This document shows, one piece after another, positions 43,295 to 56,612 of a DNA stretch of 64,000 bases. The stretch is from assembly GCF_009914755.1 (NCBI RefSeq), contig NC_060942.1. One strand, given 5' to 3'. The position numbers and the translations under genes are program-made. Below the pieces are notes generated by a model. It was not told the DNA's origin and did no database searches. It saw only the letters and a program-made list of their open reading frames with translations. Positions within the stretch are counted from its first letter, which is position 1. Each line of letters starts with the position of its first letter. Origin of the DNA: the human T2T-CHM13v2.0 reference genome, Homo sapiens.

Positions 43295-44762
43295 ACTAGC
43301 TGCAACATTCCCTTAAGCCAAATCCTAATCCAAAACCAGTAGATGAAACAGTATTCTTACTGAAAGATGCCATCTAGGGCTTGTATAGCTAGAAAGGAGA
43401 AGTCAATGCTTGGCTTAAAAGCTTCAAAGGACAGGCTAACTATCTTGTAGGGGCTATTGCAGATGGTCATTTTAAGTTGAAGCCAATGCACATTTACCAT
43501 TCTGAAAATCCTGTGGCCCTTAGGAATTATGCTAAATCTCCTTTGCTTATACTCTAGAAATGGAACAACGAAGCCTGAAAGTCAGCAGATCTGTTTACAG
43601 CATGGTTTACTAAATATTTTAAGCCTACTGTTGACACCCACTGCTCAGCAAAAAGATTATTTTCAGAATATTACTGTTCATTAAGAATGTACCTGGTCAC
43701 CCAATAGCTCTGATGGAGATGTACAAGGAGATTAATGTTGTTTTTATACCTGCTAATACAACATTTATTCTGTAGCCCATAGATCAAGAGTAATTTTTAC
43801 TTTCAAGTCTTATTTTTGAGGAAATAAATTTTATAAGGCTATAGCTGTTACAGATAGTGGTTCTTCTGATGGAAATGGGCAAAGTAAACTGAAAGCATCC
43901 TGGAAAGGATTCTCCATTCTTAATGGCATTCTAAGTTCCATTAAGAACATTTGTGATTTATGGGAAGAGGTAAAAACATCAACATTAACTGAAGTAAGTT
44001 GATATTAATTTTCATGGATGATTTTGAGGGGGCTCAAGACTTCAGTGGAGGAGGTCACTGCGGATATAGTGAAAATAGCAACAGAACTAGAATTAGAAAT
44101 AGAACCAGAAGATGTGACTGAATTGCTGCAATGTCATGATAAAACTTAAATGAATGCGGAGTTGCTTCTTATGCATGAGCAAAGAAAGTGGTTTCTTTAG
44201 ATGGAGTCTACTCCTGGTGAACTTGCTGTGAACATTGCTAAAATCACAGCAAGCGATCCACAATGTTACATAAGGCAGCAGCAGAGTTTGAGAAGATTGA
44301 CTCCAATTTTGAAAGAAGTTTTATTGTGAGTAAAGTGCTATCAAACAGTGTCACATGCTACAGAGAAATCTTTGGTGAAAAGAAGAGTCAATGGACACAG
44401 CAAATTTCATTTTTGTCTTATTTTAAGAAATTTCCACAGCCACTCCAACCTTCAGCAAACATCATCCTTATCAGTCAGCAACCATCAACAATGAGGCAAG
44501 ACCCTTCACCAAAAGATTGTGACTTGCACAAGGCTCAGATGATCATTAGCATTTTAGAAATGAAGTATTTTAAGTTAAGGTATGTACATTATTGGGGGAG
44601 GTATAATGCTATTGTGCAATTAATAAACTATGGTATAATATAAAGATAATTTTTATATGCACTGGGAAACCAAACTATTTGTGTGACCCACCTTATTGTG
44701 ATGATATTCGCTTTATTATGGTCATCTGGAATGGAACCCATAATATCTCTAATATATTCCTG
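43295..44762 (+). mobile_element. Tigger1 DNA transposon, 3' part only (decayed transposase)
   Basis: caacattcccttaagccaaa, gcttcaaaggacaggct, gatgtgactgaattgctgcaat, and right end gatattcgctttatt...cctg. Confidence 0.92.
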
Positions 44763-44764
44763 TT

Positions 44765-45930
44765 CTACTCAGCAATAAAAATAAATGAACTATTTATACA
44801 CACAATAACATGAATGAATCTCAAAATAATCATGCAGAGTGAAAGAGAGGCAAAAAAAGTATATGCTATATAATGCATTTGTAAAAAAATTTCTAGAAAA
44901 TGCAAACTAATCTACAGTGACTAGAAGCAGATCAGTGTTTGCATGGTAATGGAACAAGAAAGGTACAGAAAAGAGTGGGAGGGAAGAATTATAAGGCCAT
45001 AAGAAAACTTTTGGGAGTGATAAATATTTTCCAAATCTGGATTGTGGCCATGGTTTCATGGGTATATACATGTATCAAAACATCGAATTGTATACCTTAA
45101 TATGTGCAATAGCTATACCGCTTGCAAAAGCAGAAATCTAAGCAACAGAAATGTCCATCAACAGTAAGATACATATTTTGTTTTATTAAATTTATTTACA
45201 TGCAGCAATAAAAATGTGAAAAAACCCACAACTACATGCAACAACATGAATGAAACTTCAGAACACACTTAGAATAAACATAGTAAATCATAGAAGCATG
45301 AACAATAACATTATTACAGTTGTCAAAATTGGAAATATAGCAAACTAAATGATATGTTGTTTTGGAACACTTCCAAATGTTATTAAACAATAAAGAGAAA
45401 ATCAAAGGAGAAACAACAACCACACAACTCAGAACAGTGGCTCTTCTGGGCAGGTGGAATGGAAATGGAACTAAGGAAGGGCACTCAGAGTGTATCCAAA
45501 GGTAATTGTGATGTTTTATTTTTTAAACTGGGCGGTGACCAACCTGGGTGTTCCTTGGATTGTTATTCTTTATGCTGAAGAAATGGTTTGTATATATCAA
45601 TTTTTATCTACTCAGTATTTAATGAAATATGTTAGGAAGCCTTAGAACACAAACACTCCATTTAAAAGGTAGACATTGTCAGATGGAAAAAACAAAGCAT
45701 GGCCGAGCATATACTGTCTAGAAAAGGTGAGCTGAAAAATATAAAGACTAAAGAGGTTGTAAGTTCAAGAATAGGGGGAGAAATCATGGAAAAAATAAGC
45801 ATAAGAAAGCTGGTGTAGCTACATTTCTACCAGTCAAAGTAGACTTCAAGAGTATCATGAACAAGGAGAAACATTTCACAGAAATCAGAATCAACGCGAC
45901 AAAGTTATGGGAAGTGAGTGAAATAATTAT
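44765..45930 (+). mobile_element. Ancient L1MC/L1ME 3' ends and EN fragment
   Basis: ctactcagcaataaaaa...catgaatgaatctcaaaa...gaaaatgcaaactaatctacagtgac. Confidence 0.7.
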
Positions 45931-46463
45931 CTGTAAACGCCAGGGCAGACTGACTAAATAGTGGGGACCCTGAATAGGAGTATATGCTTTGGTATCTCTG
46001 AAGTGGTGGCATGATAGCACTTTGGTTCTTTTCAACTTCATGGACCCTCATTTCAGTTCTGAATTCCCTTCTTCTAGAATTATTTTACTTTCTATTCATA
46101 AACTTCTGTCATTTCCAAAGAGAGAGAGAAGAACAAGAGAAAATCGTAAACAGCAATAATAGGACAAAAACAGCAAGAAATAAAAAGTAGGGTTATTTAT
46201 AAAGCAATCAATGTTAAAACTATTAACATTAATAATTCAAAATGATACCTTAATATTTTCTCAAATTCTAAAGACAAGTTGTTTAGGCTGTAAACTTTTT
46301 ATTTGTGGCTGTATTTGCAACTTGCTTTTTTGCTTAGTTATGTTTTCTCTATTTGATTCTGTTTGCACTTAAATCAGAAATACAAATATTGAACTTAAAA
46401 ATAAATTGATACATGGTTGAGCTCATGTGTGATCAGAAAAATCGAAATCATTTTTCTTTTCAG

Positions 46464-46573
46464 ACAAAAGTATTAAAATGAATTGCCATCCTGACTAACT
46501 GGAGACATTACAGTGACATGAGTAATATTCCAAGTCACTGCAAAAGGCTGCAGTGTTTGCTGATTACTCCATG
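46464..46573 (+). other. Candidate 110-nt non-coding exon
   Basis: tttttcttttcag acceptor and ATG|gtaagt donor; stops in all three frames. Confidence 0.35.
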
Positions 46574-47849
46574 GTAAGTGTGTCAGAAACAGAGCTTTGG
46601 GACAGATTTCATTTTCTAAAATTATCTGCACTCAGGAGGAGAAGCGGGCATCTTGATGACTGTGAAAGAATAAACAAAACAAAATAACTCAGGCATCTGA
46701 CACTGGCTGGAGACCAGCACAAACTACCAACTTTACTGGCCCCTGTCCATCCAGTCTTCTCTCTTAATTTACTTGCTGATTTATACCATAAATGGATTTA
46801 TTCCCTTTTTTCCCCAGCTTGTACTTCAGTTGTTCAGAGTCCGAATATGTTTGCTAGTTCCTACTCCTTCAGGTAGGAGCTGCAGATTTGCTTTGCCTGG
46901 GGTTGATCACAGAGGGGTCTCTGTATCCGCAGGAATCTCCTTTCTTCAAGCTTTTATGACTGTGACAATCTGAAGGACTATAGGCTACAGAGAGGTTGAT
47001 TACAGCTGGGGATGTTAGCAAAACATTAACATTATTTCTAGAGTGAAAATATATTTATTCAGGCAGTGCATAACCATTGTTTAAATATTTTCTGACAGGT
47101 GAGGTATATAGGTTTGCATGTATTTGTGTGATTTGCATAAACCACACACAAAAATTCATCACATAATTTAATGTTAGTACACACATGTGCTCACATATGG
47201 AGAGGAAGTTTAGCAATATAAATATTTTCACCATTCATCATTTCAACAAACACTGATTCATTAAATATTTATTGAGCATCTATGATATACTAGGCCATGA
47301 ATTAGATGCTATGGGAGCTACGAAGATGAATTAATCATAGACTGTCCCCTAAGCAGCTTATTACCCAGGGTCAGAGATATACCAAGGACTCAAAACTTTA
47401 TTTCCAAATACAAAGTGATATATTCGACGAGAAGACAAATTAAAAAATGCCAAGGGAGTCTTAGAAGGGGAAAACTAACTCTGCAAGTGCAGACTGGGTG
47501 GAAGAGAAACATCAAATAATGCTTTTAAATGGGCCAGATGACCTGGTCAGATTTTGATAGGGGCATCTGGTGGAGACAAGTTACATTAAAGCAAACTTTG
47601 TGAACCAGAGTTGTAGAAATAAGAGAGTGGGGTGCATTTTCAAACAATGCACAAGCTTACAAGAAGGAGTCCTGGGATATGAAGTCTGTGATACAGGGGT
47701 TGTAGTAAATGTAATGGACAATGGAGAGTCATTCAAGGACTCTGAGTATGAAGATGACGTGCACTGAGATGTGAGCTTCTTGTTTCATTTACTTTCAAAC
47801 ATCTCAGTACTCAGTAGAGAGCTATGCTCTTAGCAGATGTCCAATAAAG

Positions 47850-48100
47850 AATAATAACATTTATAGTTTCCATTTATTGAGCTCTTATTATGTGCCTGAC
47901 TCTGTTCTAAATACTTTAGATGTAGAACTTAATTTAATCCTCACTACAACCTTATGAGGTTTTTGATGTAATTATCTCTGTTTTATAGATGAAGTAATTG
48001 AGATACAGTCTTTAAGTTAAAAACTTAACCAAAGTCACGCAGCCTGTAGATAACAGAATGAGGACATAAGCCAAAGTCTCAACTAGGTTTCTCTACTCCT
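47850..48100 (-). mobile_element. MIR SINE
   Basis: catttattgagctcttattatgtgcc...tttaatcctcactacaaccttatgagg...ttttatagatgaagtaattgag. Confidence 0.8.
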
Positions 48101-48914
48101 TCTCAACAAATAAATATCTATCAAATAAATAAGGGCCTTAATACACTGAAGAACAAAACATTACACTCTTTCATCATATGATTAAATGACAGATGAAAGT
48201 AGACACAACCCACTGAACTAAGTTACAGTCTTAGTTGTTACATTCTCAAGGACATAAAAGAGGAACTGTTGGTTCACGTGAGATTTCTGCTATCACCAGG
48301 AGAATGTGACATGTGGTTTTGTTTTGTAATTGAATCCTACAAAATGTGCAAAGATGGCCAGGCAGCAGCCATCAAGAAATGACCACCAGTTATGATGTGG
48401 CTGCAGTGTGTGTCATCCTATGCTGGGCACTGTGCAGCTTTGAGTAAGACATGGCAGAATCTGCAAGTGACCCTTGTGTGGAAAGGAGAGTAAAACAGAA
48501 CCCCTGGGTGGTCCTCAAGATGTGTGAAATTGCCTCTTCTCCTGAAAGCAGGATCAAAATAATTCCTTACACTAGGATAATAAAATTATTCTGCAATTCG
48601 TTGAAGAGTTGGGAGAGGGAAATGAGTAGGCTATAGAGACATTTGAGGTTGGTCTACGCCAGTCACGGAAGAGGAAAATAATTATGTACTCTTCATAATT
48701 ATAAAGACAGCTTAGCTCTAATGTGTGAAGTTCCAAAAAGTCATCTTTGTCTTTGAGGTTAATTTTTCTCTTCCCAAATGATATAAATGCCTTAAATCTT
48801 TCTATGAAGACAAGGCCTTAGGATTTCTGAAAAGTGACATCAATCCAGTCTGGAAGTACTTACTAAGCATTTATTATGAACCTGTCCAGGACCACCGTGT
48901 GGGGCATTAGAAGA

Positions 48915-49145
48915 CCATGAGGTAGTGTGTGAAGGGAAGAGAGTGAACTTTGACACCAGATCAATCTCACTCCTGCCTTTAGTGGCTGAGGGGCCATGGT
49001 CCAGGCATTCCACTGGTCTGAGCTCATTTTTTTCATCTCTAACATGGAGACAGCAATAGCATCTATATAATTGGGAGGTGGTTGGTTGGTGAGATAATAG
49101 AAATAAAAAATTGTTATATAAACACTAAAGTACTCAATACATCCT
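48915..49145 (+). mobile_element. MIR SINE
   Basis: tctgagctcatttttttcatctctaacatggagacagcaatag. Confidence 0.6.
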
Positions 49146-49151
49146 AGTGTA

Positions 49152-49156
<5 letters not shown>

Positions 49157-49195
<39 letters not shown>

Positions 49196-49202
49196 TGTGT
49201 GT
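49157..49202. repeat. (TG)n microsatellite
   Basis: About 18 perfect TG units. Confidence 0.97.
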
Positions 49203-49599
49203 TTCTAAGCATCGGTTGAAATATATTTCAAGTTAAGCTATTGCTGAAAATTTGTTTCTTTCACATTTACTCAGACTACAGAGCCAGGTCAACAAGGTTT
49301 AACATAATCCCAGATACACCCATTTATAACAGATTCATTGGTGGAATGAATTATCCTTTCTCAAACTTTAACAGAGTCAGAAGGATGAATGAGTCAAAAT
49401 TTCCCCATTCTTGCTTCCTCTTTTTGTGGGTTCATTGAAGAGGATGAGATAAGACTAAATACGTAATAGTAAGGACAGCAGAGTCTTTAGGGAAGTATTA
49501 GTATAGAATTTCAGAATTAATTTTGATGAGATTACACTATAGGATGGCACTGTATAGTGATTCCACAGTTCTAGTTACATGTTTCTTTAAAAGTGTTTA

Positions 49600-50080
49600 T
49601 GTATTAGTTTGCTGTTGCTGCTGTAACAAAGCACCCCAAATGTAATTGTGCTTTCTTCTATAGTTCTGAAGGTCAGAAGTCTCACTGATCTAAAATAAAG
49701 GTGCAGGCAGGAGTGTGTTCCTTCTAGAGCCTCTAAATGAGAATCAATTCCTTGCCTTTCCTGGCTTCTAGAGGCTGCTCACCTTCCTTGGCTGGTGGCC
49801 AAAGCCAGCAATTAGATCATCATTCTAGCCTCTGCTTTTTTCTCTCCTGCCTCTTTCTTCCCTTGATAAAGATCATTGTGATTCCAATGTGTCCATTCAC
49901 ATAATACAAGATGATCTTTTCTCCAGATTCTTAATTTAATCACATCTGCAAAGTGCAAAGTCTATTTTGTCAAGTAAGGTGACTAGGGGTTAACTAGTTT
50001 TCTCTACTGCCGCTTAACAAATATCCATTAAACAAATAGATATGTGGACATCTTTGAAGGCCATTATTCTACTGGTAACA
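49600..50080 (-). mobile_element. MLT1C/D-like MaLR solo LTR
   Basis: tgtattagtttgctgttgctgctgtaacaaa...ttaatcacatctgcaaagt...ggccattattct. Confidence 0.85.
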
Positions 50081-51723
50081 GTTTTGTGTTGTTTTCCAGC
50101 CCTGACCTCCCTCTCCTGAGGCCAGCATTGTCACTGGGCCACAGAGATATCACATTAGCCTTTGAAATAACTCTAACCATGAGCAAAGTTGCTCACCTAG
50201 GAAAGGAAGTATTCTGAGGATGGTCAGTGGTAGAATTGGTTTGGTCCAGCTACTTAGGTTTGCAGAGCTGTCTCCCTTTGTATCTCAGCTAGGCAAGTCT
50301 TCACACTGGCTTTCTAAAAGCAGCCCCAATTCAGGCAGACACATAATACATTTTGAATTGTTCAGTTTGAGAATGTAGCCACCCCAAAGGACAGAGATGA
50401 CAGTGACCTGCTGTCCTTCCAGAAAATCGGCCTTGTGTACAACACTTGGTCTCATTGCATATGGGTTGCTTAATAAACCAGAATAGTCATGTTTCCTTCA
50501 GTCATATTCCTATAACTGCAGCCAAAGAAAAATAGTGCTGAAGAAAAGGCTTTTATTATCTTTTATTTTACCCTCTAAAATCTAATTCAGAGCATGAGGA
50601 GAAATGTACGCACAGAGCCAAATTTCATGTTCATTAATGTAATTGGACATTAGTGCCGTAGCCACGTCCTCTCACTCAGCAGCGAAAATGACCCTCTTCC
50701 TGTGTTATCATCAATAACGGCATGGTGATGTCCTGGCTGGGACTGACCAGAGTGTAACAGAGCTCTCGGTCCCTTGGGCAATGGGGTGATTTTTATTTAC
50801 AGTGACAAGATGATCTTTACACTTGTTTCTCTTTGGACTGTACACGCACAGCTCTATCCATAAGCCAAAATACAGCCAGGCTGGCTCTTTCTGCCCTGCA
50901 CTTTACTTAACTGACGAGGTGTCAGCATTAATTTCTTGACTGTTGGAAAGTTTCATCGCTCTTGCCCTGGGGATGTTTTCTTGACCTCTCTAGTCCTGTG
51001 ATTGGAAGTGGTTTGGTCTTTTCTCATAAGCTCCAAACATTTTCTTTCTCTTCCATTGCAATTATTATCTCCTGTGACATTTACAAGGACCGGTTCTGCT
51101 GTAGCTAGAGCTGTAAACATACAAGAACCCTCAGCGACCCAGAATTCTTTTCTGCTTGAACATGCCAGTTAATAATTTTAGGGGCTTTCAGCATGAATTT
51201 ATGATTGGAGCTCTCTGAATAAGTATTTAGCTTTAAAGGCAGTCTTTGTCAGTAGAAATCTTTGAGAACATGTTTGAAAAAATTGTAGTCAAGCATAATT
51301 CTGTAAATAAAACATTTAATTATTCAACTCTACAACCCTCACATAATTATCGTTTTTTTCTTATAACTGCATGAGTTTCACACAACAGCTGGAAATGGCT
51401 TTGCACTAGAGTTGATTTTGAGACTCAGGACAATGGTGAAAATAGTGCTGAGCTAGAAATGGGCTGAACCTGGACCACTAATGAGTTGTACCATCTTCAG
51501 TGACTCACCCATTTCCCCAGAACTCCATTTCCTTAATTTGCAAATAATAAGAGTTATAAGCTTAGTTAATACAAAAGTTCTCTTCCAGCTCTAACATTTG
51601 GGAAATAAATAAATAACCACCCAGCACCGTTCAACTTTTATTAATATTTTTCTATGGGAGTGCTGCTTGCTTGCAACAGATGAAGGATTAAGCAGTAGAC
51701 TACCCCTTTTGTGCTTAGTACTC

Positions 51724-51731
51724 TGACGTCA
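51724..51731. promoter_or_regulatory. Full palindromic CRE motif (cTGACGTCAg)
   Basis: Exact motif, 10-bp palindrome; function not shown. Confidence 0.3.
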
Positions 51732-52519
51732 GTGCTCACATATTTTCACCACCTGAATGTAGACAAGAAGAACAAGCTGGAACCAGCAGGTGTTTGCCCT
51801 CTTCCATGGAGAGATTCATTCAGAGGCCCAGAGGTTTTGAAGCAAAGTAACAAGAACACCCAGTCAGTCTCTGTTTTCTAAGGTGGATTCTCCAAGATGC
51901 AATGATATTGGTTAATTGCTAGATGATTTTAATATTCTGAAGAGATTTTGATTTTAAGTTTTGTGTTTGGAGAGTGAAACTTTGTGTTCAAGCAAGAAAA
52001 ACATTATTTGTTAAGGCCAATATAGCTATCCATTTTCAAAGTATCTGCTGAATTTTCCTTTCACTGCTTTATCTCTCTTAGGTTCTCCTGAAGTTAAAAC
52101 AGAAATTTGCCCTTATCTTCTATAGGGAATTCGCAGCCAGTAGAATTCACTCTGGTCCTTGGCCCCTTCTTCTGAGTGTTAATACTTGTTGTGTCCTTTC
52201 CTCTGGCAATACAGATCCTGTCCCTTATGCAAGGCCCAATGAATTCCTGGTTTGCTTCCACTCTGACCCCAAGATTCTATGAACTCCATGCTCTCATCTA
52301 GAGCATAAGGACATGCACCATGCAATTTAACTTCTGATATACTGTCAAAATATTGCATTTAAAAAAAAATTCTTTTCCATTAGATTATGAAGGCATTGAT
52401 AACAGACAACATACTGCACTCTTTCTACTTTGAAAATAGTAAGTGATCAATTAATATTTAATAGACACTCCATGATTTTTGCCATATGGGAGGGATAATT
52501 GTAGATAAATATTTGTCCA

Positions 52520-52690
52520 TATTGTTTTCAAAGTGGGATTCCTGAACCAGCAGCATCAGCATCATCTGGGACCTTGTTAGAAAAAATTCTCAGGTTTACT
52601 GAATCAGAGATTCTTGAGGTGTGACCAGCTCTGTGTTTCAGTAATTCTTCCAGATGATTTAAATGCATGTCAATATTTGAGAATCACCAT
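52520..52690. mobile_element. MER5A hAT-Charlie element
   Basis: accagcagcatcagcatcatctgggaccttgttaga...actgaatcaga...tttgagaatcac. Confidence 0.8.
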
Positions 52691-53859
52691 CACAGACCAA
52701 TTTCTAAGTCTCAGAAGTCTATCTTCAATAAACTAAAAACAATACAACTTTGTTACTTATAACAAATATGCAATGCATTTATTTGTGTTTGCATTAATTA
52801 ATTCATTCATTATGTTGGTAGAGGTTTATTTATATGAATGCAATGTTTGCCACCCAGCCCCTCACCTGCAGTAGAGTGTACATAACAGAATCAGTAAAGG
52901 TTTTTCTTCCCCCAAAAGATTGCTTTTTATAAATGAAAACATGACTAACATCATCTTGCTAGAAGTTAATTTTTATTCACTCTCCTGTCGAATGTGGCTA
53001 AAGCCACCAAGATCTAATGCTATTCTATAGGTTACTGCATGGAAACTGGGGTGGCTTGACTGACTTAGATGGAGAGGTGGATGCTTCCTCTTCTCCTTTT
53101 AATCCTGAGATTTATTCCTACCTGAGCACCCTGGAAAGAAGACATAACATGTGGTCACCTATAAAAGAATCCCAATATATGATCAAAGTGCATTGTTCAG
53201 AAAATATTGAATTCTCTAGATTCATCCTAATGAGGAGTTGCATGTAGCCTTTATTACTTTATTTATTTATTTATGCCTTTATTGTTTTCAAGTACAGATT
53301 ATCTGGTTTCTGCCAGTGAATCTTTATTGATGTACTATTAGGGCCAGTGACCCTGAATAATGAATATAGTTACAAACTGAAAAGACCCTGAGAATGTGTG
53401 GGTTTAGATTTGTGTGTTTGTGCATGAACAAACATTATCAAGGACGACAGTGAAGAGAAAGATTTATTCCCCTAGAATACATCGCCAAGATTCCTGAGGG
53501 TTAATTACTTCTTTTGAGAAATTAGTTCCAATCTGTCACTGGCTTACTGACAGGCAGTGATTTCCTCTGGTAAACACCTGGAAGCAATTGCCTTCAGCTG
53601 CTTACCTGTGATTCAGGTATATATAGGAGCATACACAACATAGGAGTTTCTACTTAAAGTTATGCAAATTTTTATTAACTGGGTGAAGCACAGAATGCTC
53701 GAGAGATTTGAGAAGTTTCTACAAAAGATCAAGTAATTAATTGATACAAAATGTTTAAGTACTTTTCTACTCACCCCATGTTAAGCAGACAATAGACACC
53801 TTCTTCCCTGTCACTTTGGGAGCATGTCATCTAAACTGAGAGTGCAGACATGGGAGGCA

Positions 53860-53945
53860 CAGGAAGGAGGAAAGGAAAGAAGAAAGAAAGGAAAGGAGGG
53901 AGGAAGGAAGGAAGGGAAGGAAAGAAAGAAAGAAAGAAGGGAAGA
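53860..53945. repeat. GA-rich low-complexity tract
   Basis: GGAA/GAAA units. Confidence 0.9.
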
Positions 53946-55499
53946 CACGAGTAGAAGAAACTTAAAGAAAACAAAAAGTAAAGAAATTGTATAGAAAGGG
54001 TTATATATAACAAAGAAATTCAAGGAAAGAAGATTTTGCACAAGGTGAATAGATGGGTAAAATTTCCTAGAGCACTGAGAACTGAGTTGACCCTAAAGGA
54101 AGAATAGATGGCAGCAAAAGGAAAATGTTTTCTACCAAACAATGGCCTCTCCAATAATTTCTTCTTTTCTGATTAGGCTGGAAAATGAGGAGAGCAGGCA
54201 CAGACCTCTTTTATTTAAAGCATCCTGACTATTTAGCTCCTGTCAATGTACAGATAAATTATATTACCACTTATTCCCAATCTCCCAGTGGATTTGATAC
54301 TTCAGAAAGGACATTTTTACTGCAGGCAAATTAATCTATTCCTTTTAAAAAATATTAGGTTTACATTGATATATTTAAGGAATCTGTCAATTCCTGCACA
54401 AACTGCTAAATCATTTGTGAAATTTAAAAATACAGCTGAATATTTAAAACTCTTCAGACAGTAATACATGAGCTTAGACTTGAAGAAAGAAATATGAATA
54501 CATGGAAGGCATGAAAACTAAGTTAACCAGATTTCCCTAATTTTGTGGATCCATATGGATTGCAAACAATTTATGGAATGGAAACCATACATGGCTTTCC
54601 ACCAATTATGCCATGACTGGTACAATGTACAATGAGAAAATTACATTTCCTTGATAACTAATATAGTTAGAAATGGCAAATAAGAATTTAGGCAAAATTC
54701 TTCCTCTTCCATAGTGCTAGAAAACTCTGTCACTCTACCTACTTCAAAAACAGCAGGTGTTTCAACATTTATAAGATCCTTTGGAATAGAATTTAGCAAA
54801 TTACTACCTTCCACTACAGAATTTTAACTTGAATCCCATAAAGATGGTCAATATTATATTTCTTCCCTCTATCTATTCATTGTGAAGTCACTCCCTCCTC
54901 ATTGCCTGGTCAATAAGATAGCAAGGAAATAGGATTTTAACTTACAGTCTTAGTTTTTTAAGAACAATAACTCATATTACTTTATAATCAATTACTAGTA
55001 TTAGCATAATTTATCTATTACGTCAACTAACATAAATAGTTATCAGATGCCTACTCTGTGCAAATCAAGAGATGGTTACACACAATCTTCAACTTCATAA
55101 GATTTAAAATTTAGTGTTGGAAAGCAGGTGAGTACTTATGAGACATGTTAAAAATACAAATGGAATTGAGTAATAATTTGTGATCTAAAAGCTACAAATT
55201 ATATTATAGATTAAAAAGTTAAGTGACTACACAAGAGCTTTAAAAGCAAGTGTCTTTTACAATTCTTTGAACGTAGCATGCACTCATTGAATATGTGTTG
55301 AATGATAATACCAACAAAGATACTAATGCAAAAAATATCACTTTTCTAAGTAAGCTAAAATGATCCAGGGAGGCCTCATTAAGGAAAAATTACCTAGACC
55401 CAAGAAGAACAGTTTTTCAACAAGTAGAATTTAAAAAAACAAAAACAAGCCAAAACAGGAAGCATAGATGAGAGGAAAGAAGATGAGTGAAGACTTGGA

Positions 55500-55670
55500 C
55501 CTGCACTATCCAATTCCACAGCCACCAGTCAGATGTAGTTCATTCAGCCACATGAGCCACACCTCAAGTGCTCAATAGCTACTGTGGCTAGTGGCTACCA
55601 TGTTGGGGAGAGCAAATACAGAACTTGCACTTCCATCATTGCAGAATGTTCCATTGGGCTGAGCTGGCTT
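55500..55670. mobile_element. MER3-like hAT-Charlie element
   Basis: tcaagtgctcaatagc...gtggctagtggctacca...ttccatcattgcagaa. Confidence 0.75.
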
Positions 55671-56139
55671 AAACTCAAAAACACACTGAGAGAGAGAGAG
55701 TGTGTTGAGAGCAGGGAGAGTTTGATGAGTTGGATCTCTGTGAATCTATTTTCTTATCTATAAAATAAGTAAGAAAATAATATAAACTTTGCCACTTACA
55801 GTTCCAAAATTCTGTGTCTATGTCAACATGTAAATTCAGCAGAGCAGCTGGTGTACATAAAGGAGAGTGAAAGTGAAATTTTAGAAAGAAGAATAAAAAG
55901 ATATTGTTGAGAAATTTTAGAAAGAATAAAAAGAGATTAACAAGGCTTGTATTCATCCTGTGGGCAATGATGAAACATCAGAAGCCTTTAAGGAGAGAAT
56001 TGATAGTCAGTGTTGCTTTCATTTGCACATTAAAATGTACCTTTCATTTATGTAATAATTTTTGTCTCAATTCTCAGCTATCATTGAAAAATCTTATCTC
56101 CTTACTTTAAACAATGATATGTTCCTAATTTCCAGATGT

Positions 56140-56612
56140 GTCAGTTGCATCCTCTGGGAAGCAGATACTTAGACTGAGCTAAGAGTACAAGCAACTTATT
56201 GGGAGACTAACACCTATGGAAGATGAAACAAAATAGAAGACAAAATTAGGTAAAGCCTTCAGATTGTGATGCGCCTGTGAAAGAAAAGAGCAGTGAAAGA
56301 AGAATGGGGCAGGGGGAGAGCCTCAGATCATGATACACATCTGACAAATTCTCAGCCAACCCAAGGGGAGCTCAGAGCAAGTTGGTCCCTTAGAGGGGTC
56401 CCTCTCTGGGCAGAAATAGCAAGGCCCTAGTACCTCTGCTGGGCTCAATTCTTGGCTGGGTACTACGTATGAAGAGAGTGGTCTTGGTTCAAAAAGGGAA
56501 GCAGATCCTGATGGTGCTGCAACTCAAGGATGTTTGGTAACTGCACTCCTTGCAGCCAAGTGGTCAGTTCTGTATGAAGTGGTATCTGAATGGCACACCT
56601 CCATGGCTGCAA
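56140..56612 (-). mobile_element. ERVL LTR33-like solo LTR
   Basis: tcctctgggaagcagatacttagactgag, tctcagccaacccaaggggagctc. Confidence 0.55.

Noticed and set aside
42544-43308. 254-, 217- and 156-aa ORFs rich in F/L/S/P
   Set aside because: Translations of the polypyrimidine strand, which cannot form stop codons, ending in Alu sequence
44263-44643. 126-aa ORF
   Set aside because: Lies within decayed Tigger1; the transposase region has many stops and deletions
49985-50040. Segment in MLT1 resembling a second copy of the LTR terminus
   Set aside because: Too short and degenerate to separate from chance
54549-54560. 12-bp palindrome atccatatggat
   Set aside because: About 16 such palindromes are expected by chance in 64 kb
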